A DNA stretch of 64,000 bases from Bacteroidota bacterium (lineage in GTDB: Bacteria; Bacteroidota; Bacteroidia; Chitinophagales; Chitinophagaceae). The stretch is from the NCBI GenBank assembly GCA_039795575.1, contig JBDKLP010000045.1:20552-84551 (forward strand), given 5' to 3'. The position numbers and the translations under genes are program-made. Below are positions 31,147-39,398 of the stretch, one piece after another (within the stretch, counting starts at the first letter, position 1; each line of letters opens with the position of its first letter). The notes beneath the pieces are model-generated. The model was not told the origin of the DNA, ran no database searches, and saw only the letters and a program-made list of their open reading frames with translations.

Positions 31147-31905
31147 ATGTTAACCAAAAGAATCATTCCTTGTTTAGATATTAAAGACGGCCGAACGGTT
31201 AAAGGCATAAATTTTGAACAAATCAAAGATGCGGGGGATCCAATTGAACTGGCTTCATTTTATGCAAGCCAAGGAGCAGATGAATTGGTGTTTTTAGACA
31301 TTACTGCTACAATTGAAAAAAGGAAGACTTTAAGCGAGTTAGTGAATAAAATAGCGCACAAAATTAATATACCATTTACCGTAGGAGGTGGCATTAAAAC
31401 CGAAGAAGATGTATCTGTTTTATTGCAAAATGGGGCTGATAAAATTTCTATCAACACAGCTGCTTTTATGGATCCAACAATCATCCATCGATTTTCTAAA
31501 AATTTTGGAAGTCAATGTGTGGTTTTGGCAATAGATATTAAATGTGAAGAAGACAATCAGTGGTATGTTTATTTAAATGGTGGAAGAACTAAGACTAATA
31601 AATTGGTAAAGGACTGGGCTAAAGAAGCGGTAGATTTAGGGGTGGGTGAAATTTTATTAACCTCAATGAATCATGATGGAACTAAGCAAGGATTTGCTTT
31701 AGATATTACGGCTGAGTTGGCAAAGACCCTTCCTGTTCCAATCATTGCTTCAGGAGGTGGAGGCAATGCCGATCATTTCTTAGAGGTATTTACAAAAGGG
31801 AAGGCCGATGCTGCTTTGGCGGCAAGTATTTTTCACTATAAGGAAGTAGCTATTCCCGATTTAAAACAATATTTACATCAAAATGGTATTGCTATTCGTT
31901 TATAA
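31147..31905 (+). CDS. hisF: Imidazole glycerol phosphate synthase, cyclase subunit
   Basis: [51 protein letters not shown]. Confidence 0.98.
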   Translation: MLTKRIIPCLDIKDGRTVKGINFEQIKDAGDPIELASFYASQGADELVFLDITATIEKRKTLSELVNKIAHKINIPFTVGGGIKTEEDVSVLLQNGADKISINTAAFMDPTIIHRFSKNFGSQCVVLAIDIKCEEDNQWYVYLNGGRTKTNKLVKDWAKEAVDLGVGEILLTSMNHDGTKQGFALDITAELAKTLPVPIIASGGGGNADHFLEVFTKGKADAALAASIFHYKEVAIPDLKQYLHQNGIAIRL

Positions 31906-31971
31906 TAAGGAATAGCTCAAGCATTTTAGTATTAACCAATTCTATATACTTAATCTTTCTTAATTTTAATT

Positions 31972-32580
31972 ATGCAAATCAATTTTTCAAAATACGTTGA
32001 TGGTTTAGTTCCTGCCATTGTTCAAGATGCCAATACTCGAATGGTATTAATGATGGGTTTTATGAACCAGGAAGCAATAGATGCAACTAATGCACTGAAA
32101 AAAGTAACATTTTATAGTAGATCTAAAGCGCGTTTATGGACCAAGGGAGAGGAAAGTGGCAATTATTTACAATTCGTAAGTATGACCGTGGATTGTGATA
32201 ATGATACATTGTTGATTCAGGCAAATCCTGTAGGACCTGTTTGTCATAATGGTACGGATACTTGTTGGGCTGCATCCAATACACCTGTCTCTACTCAATT
32301 TTTGAATCATTTGGAAGCCGTGATTGCAGAAAGAAAAACTGCTGCAGCTGATACATCCTACGTAGCAAGTTTGTTTGCAAAAGGAATCAATAAAATTGCC
32401 CAAAAAGTAGGGGAGGAAGCAGTAGAAGTAGTGATTGAAGCAAAGGATCAAAACGACCATTTATTTTTAGAGGAATCGGCCGATCTATTATTTCACTACC
32501 TTATTTTGTTACAAGCCAAAGGTTTTCAACTAAAAGATGTGATAAAAGTTTTAGAAATGAGGCATCAGCCTAAGGCATAA
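31972..32580 (+). CDS. hisIE: Bifunctional phosphoribosyl-AMP cyclohydrolase / phosphoribosyl-ATP pyrophosphatase
   Basis: GLVPAIVQD, SRS..LWTKGEESG, DCDND, CH; then SYVASL, KVGEEAVE, ADLLFH. Confidence 0.97.
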   Translation: MQINFSKYVDGLVPAIVQDANTRMVLMMGFMNQEAIDATNALKKVTFYSRSKARLWTKGEESGNYLQFVSMTVDCDNDTLLIQANPVGPVCHNGTDTCWAASNTPVSTQFLNHLEAVIAERKTAAADTSYVASLFAKGINKIAQKVGEEAVEVVIEAKDQNDHLFLEESADLLFHYLILLQAKGFQLKDVIKVLEMRHQPKA

Positions 32581-32645
32581 CAGGGTTAAACTACTTATAT
32601 TTGATTTATCATTGCTATTCAAAATAGCATCCTAAATAAAAACAC

Positions 32646-33728
32646 ATGAAAAAAATCAGCATCGCTTTTTTGTCTTTACTATTTGTCATGCAATTGAATG
32701 CGCAACAATTACAAATTGTGGGTAACCTTACGAATTTACCTGATGGCACTATGGTGTCCTTGTTAGATGGCATGGCGAATAAAATGGTGGACTCTGCGAA
32801 ATCTTTAACTGGTGCATTTACTATACATGCTAAAGTGGAAAACCCTGGTATTTATGTTTTAGGTTTCTCGGGTTTGCAGGCAAAGATCCCCATATTTGTG
32901 GGCAATGATGCCATGACTATTACTGGTGATTTGCAAAATCCGGGATCCATTGAATACAAGGGCTCAGCAACACAGGATGTTTACTTAAATTATGTTAAAA
33001 CACTTACTCCTCAATTGCAATCTTTGTTTGGTGATAAAGCGATGGCTGCTACAGCATCCACTGCAAATACAAAGGATTCTATTTCAAAACAAATTGAATT
33101 AAAAGAAGCGAATTTTACTAAATCAGTAACAGATTTATTGAAAGCGAATTCACAATCACCAGTGTCTTCTTTGTTTTTAATACAAACCACTAATTTTGTT
33201 CCTTATATCAAAGAGCATCTTGCTGATTTGTATGCAATCCTAGAAGGACCTGCGAAGAAAGGCCCATTTGCCGATTTAATCGAAAAGTCAGTACAATCTG
33301 CTGGTTTAGGAAAAATTGGATCAGTATTGCCAGAGTTTAAACAAAATGATGTGAATGGAAAATCAGTGAGCTTAAGTTCATTGAGAGGCAAATATGTATT
33401 GGTAGATTTTTGGGCAAGCTGGTGTGGTCCTTGTAGAGCAGAGAATCCCAATGTAGTAAAAGCTTATAATGTTTACAAAGGAAAAGGATTTACCATTTTA
33501 GGGGTTTCATTAGATCAGGACAAAGCTAAATGGCTAGAAGCCATTAAAAAAGATGGATTAACATGGACCCAAGTAAGTGATTTGAAGTATTGGAACAATG
33601 AAGTGGCTGTTAAATTTGGCATTCAAAGTATCCCTGCTAATTTCTTAATTGATCCCAAAGGAGTTGTAATTGGAAAAGATTTAAGAGGGGAGGACTTGGA
33701 AAAAATATTAGCTACCTATCTAAAATAA
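32646..33728 (+). CDS. TlpA/AhpC-TSA family thiol-disulfide oxidoreductase with DUF4369-like N-terminal domain
   Basis: Signal peptide; DFWASWCGPCRAENP, GVSLD, SIPANFLID; own TATATTTG box at 32596-32603. Confidence 0.92.
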   Translation: MKKISIAFLSLLFVMQLNAQQLQIVGNLTNLPDGTMVSLLDGMANKMVDSAKSLTGAFTIHAKVENPGIYVLGFSGLQAKIPIFVGNDAMTITGDLQNPGSIEYKGSATQDVYLNYVKTLTPQLQSLFGDKAMAATASTANTKDSISKQIELKEANFTKSVTDLLKANSQSPVSSLFLIQTTNFVPYIKEHLADLYAILEGPAKKGPFADLIEKSVQSAGLGKIGSVLPEFKQNDVNGKSVSLSSLRGKYVLVDFWASWCGPCRAENPNVVKAYNVYKGKGFTILGVSLDQDKAKWLEAIKKDGLTWTQVSDLKYWNNEVAVKFGIQSIPANFLIDPKGVVIGKDLRGEDLEKILATYLK

Positions 33729-33759
33729 TTTCACCAACAATCATAATTGTTTGTAGCAT

Positions 33760-33791
33760 AAAAAAGCCCTAAATTATTTTAGGGCTTTTTT
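33760..33791. terminator. Bidirectional intrinsic terminator
   Basis: AAAAAAGCCCTAAA-ttat-TTTAGGGCTTTTTT between convergent genes; overlaps the ArsC-family stop codon. Confidence 0.8.
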
Positions 33792-34124
33792 ATAATCGTT
33801 CTCGTCAAATCCTAGTGCTAAAACTGTACCATCTTCTTCTATTAAGGGTCTTCGGATGACAGATGTTTTTTCCATCATTAAAGCTATGGCTGCTTTTTGT
33901 GTAGTGATACTGGCTTGTAATTCCTTAGGGAGTTGCTTCCAGGTGGTTCCTTTTTTATTGAGTAAGGCTTCCCATCCTATTTGTTTACTCCAAGCAGTTA
34001 ACTGAGCGGCAGTGATTCCTTTTTTCTTATAGTCATGAAATTCATAAGCCACTTTATTGGCCTTTAACCAGTCAATTGCTTTTTTAACAGTATTGCAATT
34101 AGGGATTGCATAAACAGTTTTCAT
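33774..34124 (-). CDS. ArsC/Spx family protein (YffB-like)
   Basis: YAIPNCNTVKKA, FHDYKK, LLNKKGTTWK, IRRPL. Confidence 0.9.
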   Translation of the reverse strand: MKTVYAIPNCNTVKKAIDWLKANKVAYEFHDYKKKGITAAQLTAWSKQIGWEALLNKKGTTWKQLPKELQASITTQKAAIALMMEKTSVIRRPLIEEDGTVLALGFDENDYKKALK

Positions 34125-34141
34125 AAAAATGATTTGGGAGT

Positions 34142-34645
34142 TTATTGGATATATTTTTTACCTAACCAACTTTCGCTAATTGGCTGCATCCATTGGCTTT
34201 CCATTTCGGCCTTGTTAGCAACTAAGTTATTAAAATATAAAGTGTCTTTTTGTAAAATGCCATTTTCTAATGCATAAGCAACTTGTGCCATAGGAATAGT
34301 TTGCACCTTGTCCTTTACCCAAAAGGCCAATAACTCTCTATTGAACATTTGCACACCTGTCATTTTTTCAATGGCTTTAATTACATGAACTGAACTATCG
34401 GTACTACAACCACCAACAGTGGTAAAGGACTCATCGGCCATTAAAATGATAAATTGTCCATAAAGTGCAGTGCCAAATCCTTTTACAGCAGCACCATGAC
34501 TTTTCCAATTATCAATAAAGTTTTCTAAAACTTCTTCTATTTGAAAGAGTTCACCCATGGTAAAGGTTCGATTGGCTTGATATATCCACAATTTAGATTG
34601 GGGATGAAAATCGGCGGGTAATATAGTGGCTAAATCTACTGTCAT
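34142..34645 (-). CDS. Conserved Bacteroidota hypothetical protein
   Basis: SKLWIYQANR, WKSHG, GGCSTD, YFNNLV motifs of a Bacteroidota family often auto-annotated 'ABC transporter ATPase'; no Walker A present. Confidence 0.7.
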   Translation of the reverse strand: MTVDLATILPADFHPQSKLWIYQANRTFTMGELFQIEEVLENFIDNWKSHGAAVKGFGTALYGQFIILMADESFTTVGGCSTDSSVHVIKAIEKMTGVQMFNRELLAFWVKDKVQTIPMAQVAYALENGILQKDTLYFNNLVANKAEMESQWMQPISESWLGKKYIQ

Positions 34646-34686
34646 TTTCACATTTTTTCGGGTTACTGTTGTTGATCTAATTTTAT

Positions 34687-35466
34687 TTATTGTATTGCTT
34701 TTGCAATAATTTCGGCTATATCAAGTACTTCGGTGGATACAGATTCAGTTCTGTTTTTGATTCCGTCGGTCATCATCGTGTTGCAAAATGGGCAAGCGCT
34801 TGCAACAAAATTAGCCTTGGTTTCAATGGCTTCGTCCGCGCGTTCTGTATTAATTCTTTTGTCTCCTTTTTCTTCTTCCTTGAACATTTGTGCTCCACCC
34901 GCACCGCAACAAAGTCCTTTGGATTTGCAGCGTTTCATTTCACGCAATTCCATGTCCAGGCTTTCTAATACTTTCCGTGGCGCTTCATAAATCTCATTGG
35001 CCCTGCCTAAATAACAACTGTCATGGTAGGTGATAGACTTGCCTTTCCATTCATTGCTATCGGTAAATTTAATTTTTCCTTGCTCAATTAATTCTTGTAA
35101 AAAGCTAGTATGATGAATTACTTCGTATTCGCCTCCTAATGCAGGATACTCATTTTTTAAAGTATTAAAACAGTGTGGGCAAGTGGTCACAATTTTCTTA
35201 ATGTTATAGCCATTCAAAATTTGAATATTTTGATAAGCCATCATTTGAAACATAAACTCATTGCCTGCTCTTCGAGCTGGATCCCCTGTGCAAGCTTCCT
35301 CTTTGCCAAGGATAGCATATTGTACGCCAGCTTTGTCCATGATAGTGGCAAATGCCTGGGTTATTTTTTGTGCTCTTTGGTCAAAACTTCCTGCACAACC
35401 CACCCAAAATAAAACCTCGGGTTGTTCTCCTTTTGCCATGAATTCGGCCATCGTAGATACTTTCAT
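34687..35466 (-). CDS. (Fe-S)-binding protein with CCG domains (FadF/GlpC/HdrD-like C-terminal half)
   Basis: FWVGCAG, EACTGD, TCPHC, YHDSCYLGR, CCGAGG, ACPFC. Confidence 0.9.
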   Translation of the reverse strand: MKVSTMAEFMAKGEQPEVLFWVGCAGSFDQRAQKITQAFATIMDKAGVQYAILGKEEACTGDPARRAGNEFMFQMMAYQNIQILNGYNIKKIVTTCPHCFNTLKNEYPALGGEYEVIHHTSFLQELIEQGKIKFTDSNEWKGKSITYHDSCYLGRANEIYEAPRKVLESLDMELREMKRCKSKGLCCGAGGAQMFKEEEKGDKRINTERADEAIETKANFVASACPFCNTMMTDGIKNRTESVSTEVLDIAEIIAKAIQ

Positions 35467-35472
35467 ACTATT

Positions 35473-36750
35473 TTATTTTAGATCTAAAGTCCATGCATCT
35501 CTATCGTCGGGTGCGAACTTCCAAGGTGCAAAATTATTTTCAATATTACTAAACATGCCATTCCATTCGGCTGGGGCATTGCTTTCTTCCATTACTAAAG
35601 AACGTCTTAGTTCCAAAATAATATCTAATGGAGAAATGCTCACTGGACATTCCTCAACACATGCATTACAAGTGGTACAAGCCCTTAATTCTTCTACGCT
35701 AATATAATCGTGGAGCAAAGATTTGCCATCCTCTACAAAGGTTTGGTTTTTATTTAATTGCTTGCCTACTTCCTGTAAACGGTCGCGGGTGGCCATCATA
35801 ATTTTGCGCGGACTTAATAATTTGCCCGTACTGTTTGCTGGGCAGGCGGTGCTACACCTTCCGCATTCGGTACAACTATAAGCATCCATTAAATTTTTCC
35901 AACTTAAATCCATTACATCACGCGCCCCAAATTTTTCAGGAGCTGCAGTGTTGGCTGGAGCCAATTCGGGCTGCATTGCATACAATACTTCATTTTGTAT
36001 AGACACCATATTGTGCATTTCCCCTTTCGGCAATAAGGATGCATAATAAGCATTAGGGAAAGCCAAAATAATATGTAAGTGTTTGGAATAAGGCAGGTAA
36101 TTCATAAAAGCATAAATGCCTAATATATGTATCCACCAAGCTGTATGCTCAATAGTACTTAATTGTGCTTCAGAAAATCTAGATAATAGGGGTTTAAGAT
36201 GACTTGAAACAATAAAATGGCTATCTACATCTGCCGCATTCATAATCAAAAACAAACTCATCAAAATTATCTCTGTAATTAAAATGGCATTGGCATCGGA
36301 ACGAGGCCATCCATTTAGGTCCTTGCTTATGAATCTTTTTAATTGAATAATATTTCTTCGGCTAAAAAATATCAAACATGCTATCAAAACTAATGCAGCT
36401 AATACTTCAAATGAATTAATGATAAATGTATAGGAGTTTCCTAAATAAGGCGCGAAGGCGCGATGTGAGCCTGATAACCCATCAATAATAATTTCAAGTA
36501 ATTCTATATTGATGATAATAAAGCCAAGATATACAACTAAATGTAAAAAGGCAACTAAGGGATTGCGAAACATTTTCTTTTGACCAAAAGCCAACAATAA
36601 AACCTGTTTCCATCTGCGTCCTGGCTGATCGCTTAAGTCAACAGCCTTGCCAATTAAGATATTCCTTCTAATAGTGAGTAGGTTTTTCCCAAAAAGGAAA
36701 AATGCGGCGGCCGTTATAAAGCCAAATAATATTGCTGGAATGAATGCCAT
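35473..36750 (-). CDS. Membrane Fe-S oxidoreductase subunit (TM domain plus 4Fe-4S dicluster; FadF-like N-terminal half)
   Basis: TM helices, PYSKHLH, CTECGRCSTACP and CTTCNACVEECP; ATG at 36750. Confidence 0.9.
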   Translation of the reverse strand: MAFIPAILFGFITAAAFFLFGKNLLTIRRNILIGKAVDLSDQPGRRWKQVLLLAFGQKKMFRNPLVAFLHLVVYLGFIIINIELLEIIIDGLSGSHRAFAPYLGNSYTFIINSFEVLAALVLIACLIFFSRRNIIQLKRFISKDLNGWPRSDANAILITEIILMSLFLIMNAADVDSHFIVSSHLKPLLSRFSEAQLSTIEHTAWWIHILGIYAFMNYLPYSKHLHIILAFPNAYYASLLPKGEMHNMVSIQNEVLYAMQPELAPANTAAPEKFGARDVMDLSWKNLMDAYSCTECGRCSTACPANSTGKLLSPRKIMMATRDRLQEVGKQLNKNQTFVEDGKSLLHDYISVEELRACTTCNACVEECPVSISPLDIILELRRSLVMEESNAPAEWNGMFSNIENNFAPWKFAPDDRDAWTLDLK

Positions 36751-36926
36751 AGTTTGGGTTTGTAGATTCACAATGGATTGATACAAATTTAACCCATTTC
36801 GGCCTTGTTTGTAGGTAAAATACCCTCATTTAATGCACATCAAAACTAATGGCCGAATTAGGCCCAATTTTAAGCGGAATTATTTAATTTGCCAGTTATT
36901 CTTAAACAGTGTTAAATAGTACGAAT

Positions 36927-38654
36927 ATGAGTCAGGCAATTGAGCAAAAAGTGGCTACTTGGTTAGCAGGAAATTATGATGAAGCAACCAAACAAACTAT
37001 TCGTGATTTACAGGCCAATCAACCCAGTGAGCTTGAAGAATCTTTTTATAAGAATTTGGAATTTGGAACTGGAGGGCTAAGAGGAATCATGGGTGTGGGT
37101 ACCAACCGTATCAACAAGTATACCATTGGGATGGCCACGCAAGGATTTGCTAACTATTTAGTAAAATCCTACCCTAATGAAAAAATTAGTGTTGCGATAG
37201 GACATGATAGTCGCAATAATTCTCGTTTTTTCGCTGAAACCACTGCACAAGTATTTGCTGCAAATGGTTTTAAAGTGTATTTATTTGAAGCATTAAGACC
37301 TACACCGGAATTGAGCTTTGCGATAAGACATCTAGGATGTAAAGCGGGTGTGGTATGTACTGCATCGCATAATCCTAAAGAATATAATGGCTATAAAGCT
37401 TATTGGAATGATGGAGGACAATTGGTACCCCCACATGATAAAAATGTAATTACCGAAGTAGAAGCGATTCAATCGGTGGATGAAGTGAAATGGACAGGTG
37501 GAGATGCCAATATTCAATTACTGGGCAACGCAATGGATGAAGCTTATATTCAAATGGTGAAATCATTAAGCGTTTACCCCGAAGTAATTGCTGAACAAAA
37601 AGATTTAAAAATTGTGTATACACCGATACATGGCACTGGTATTACAATTGTACCTAAGGTATTGGCTGAATTTGGTTTTGACAATGTATATGTGGTAGAG
37701 GAGCAATCAATGCCAGATGGTAATTTTCCAACAGTGAAATATCCCAACCCAGAGGAAAGTGAAACAATGAGTATCGGTTTGGCCAAGGCAGCTGCATTGG
37801 ATGCAGATATTTTATTAGGCACGGATCCAGATGCTGACCGTGTTGGCGTGGGCGTTAAAAATCATAAAGGCGAATGGGTGTTAATGAATGGCAATCAAAC
37901 TGCAGTATTGGCATTTGCTTATATGATGGAAGCAAGACGTGCTAAAGGTATTGCCAAAGAAAATGACATGGTTATCACAACAATTGTAACCACCGAAATG
38001 ATTAACGAAGTAGCCAAACAAAACAAGGTAGCTTGCTACAATGTTTTGACAGGGTTTAAATGGATTGCAGAATTGATCAAAGAAAAAGAAGGAAAAGAAA
38101 ACTATATCATTGGAGGCGAGGAAAGTTTTGGCTTAATGATTGGCAATGAAATTAGGGACAAGGATGCAGTAAGTGCAGTTGCCTTACTATGTGAAATGGC
38201 TGCCTATGAAAAAAGCAAGGGAAGAACCTTGTTCGATAAAATGATAGAATTGTATGTGCAATATGGTTTTTATTATGAAAACTTAATTAGCATTACTAAA
38301 AAAGGCATGAACGGGCAACAAGAAATTGCAGCGATGATGGAAGGGTATCGAAAAGTGCCTCCAGCTACAATTAATGGATCCCAAGTGGTTACTTTGTTAG
38401 ACTATGAATTGCAAAGGGGTACGAATTTAACCACAGGTGATTCTTGGAAAATCAATCTTCCAAAAAGCAACGTTTTACAATTTGTGACCGCCGATGGCAG
38501 TAAGATTTCTGCAAGGCCAAGTGGTACTGAACCTAAAATCAAATTCTATTTTAGTGTGAATACACAATTAGAAAATGCAAATGCGTTTGATGAAAAATAT
38601 GCGCAATTACAAAACAAAATCAATGGTATCATTGCCGATATGCAATTAAACTAA
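36927..38654 (+). CDS. pgm: Phospho-sugar mutase (phosphoglucomutase/phosphomannomutase)
   Basis: FGTGGLRG, TASHNP, DPDADR, GEESFG, RPSGTEPKIK. Confidence 0.93.
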   Translation: MSQAIEQKVATWLAGNYDEATKQTIRDLQANQPSELEESFYKNLEFGTGGLRGIMGVGTNRINKYTIGMATQGFANYLVKSYPNEKISVAIGHDSRNNSRFFAETTAQVFAANGFKVYLFEALRPTPELSFAIRHLGCKAGVVCTASHNPKEYNGYKAYWNDGGQLVPPHDKNVITEVEAIQSVDEVKWTGGDANIQLLGNAMDEAYIQMVKSLSVYPEVIAEQKDLKIVYTPIHGTGITIVPKVLAEFGFDNVYVVEEQSMPDGNFPTVKYPNPEESETMSIGLAKAAALDADILLGTDPDADRVGVGVKNHKGEWVLMNGNQTAVLAFAYMMEARRAKGIAKENDMVITTIVTTEMINEVAKQNKVACYNVLTGFKWIAELIKEKEGKENYIIGGEESFGLMIGNEIRDKDAVSAVALLCEMAAYEKSKGRTLFDKMIELYVQYGFYYENLISITKKGMNGQQEIAAMMEGYRKVPPATINGSQVVTLLDYELQRGTNLTTGDSWKINLPKSNVLQFVTADGSKISARPSGTEPKIKFYFSVNTQLENANAFDEKYAQLQNKINGIIADMQLN

Positions 38655-38660
38655 TAAGGA

Positions 38661-39326
38661 ATGCGCAAAACAGAAGATGCTTATTTGCATAAAGGGCTTA
38701 GGAAACAATTGGTGGCACAATTAAGGGAAAAAGGAATTAGTGATGAAGGCGTATTAAATGCCATTGGAATGATTCCTAGACATTTTTTTCTGGATTCAGC
38801 TTTTGATAAAATTGCTTATGAGGATCGTGCCTTCCCCATTGCTGCCAATCAAACCATTTCGCAACCTTATACGGTAGCATATCAAACCCAATTATTGAAT
38901 ATCAAAAAAGGAGAGAAGGTATTGGAAATTGGCACAGGAAGTATGTACCAAACCACCATTCTTGCTGCCATGGGTGCAAAAGTTTTCACGATTGAAAGAC
39001 AGGAAGAGTTGGCCATTAAAACCAATCAATACTTGTTCAAAGAGCAATTCCCTAATATTCAATTCTTTTTTGGAGACGGATTTGAAGGATTGCCTCAATA
39101 TGCACCATTTGATAAAATTATTATTACGGCTGCAGCACCCAGTATTCCCGAAAAATTATGGGAGCAACTTAAAGTACGCGGAGTAATGGTGATTCCAGTG
39201 GATGAATCAGATGGGGTGCAAAGAATGCTAAGGCTCACTAAGAAAAAAGATGGCCTTGTAAAAAGAGAAGCATTCGAGGAATTTTCCTTTGTTCCTATGT
39301 TAGAGGGGAAGGAGCAGAAAAAATAA
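38661..39326 (+). CDS. pcm: Protein-L-isoaspartate O-methyltransferase
   Basis: PRHFF, QTISQPYTVA, VLEIGTGS, APFDKIIITAA, FVPML. Confidence 0.95.
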   Translation: MRKTEDAYLHKGLRKQLVAQLREKGISDEGVLNAIGMIPRHFFLDSAFDKIAYEDRAFPIAANQTISQPYTVAYQTQLLNIKKGEKVLEIGTGSMYQTTILAAMGAKVFTIERQEELAIKTNQYLFKEQFPNIQFFFGDGFEGLPQYAPFDKIIITAAAPSIPEKLWEQLKVRGVMVIPVDESDGVQRMLRLTKKKDGLVKREAFEEFSFVPMLEGKEQKK

Positions 39327-39342
39327 GTGCCCAATCATAAAT

Positions 39343-39375
39343 AAAAAAGCCAGACTTAAAAAGTCTGGCTTTTTT
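39343..39375. terminator. Bidirectional intrinsic terminator
   Basis: AAAAAAGCCAGACTT-aaa-AAGTCTGGCTTTTTT. Confidence 0.9.
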
Positions 39376-39398
39376 ATGGGGGAAGTAATAATACATTA

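Noticed and set aside
31104-31971. GTATTAA copies in the spacers before hisF and hisIE as ECF targets
   Set aside because: No GGTTAC 15 nt upstream in either case; the heptamer alone is expected by chance in AT-rich DNA.
34687-36750. Frameshifted pseudogene of a FadF-like Fe-S oxidoreductase
   Set aside because: Both halves are intact ORFs with their own start and stop, 6 nt apart; a two-gene split is usual in Bacteroidota.
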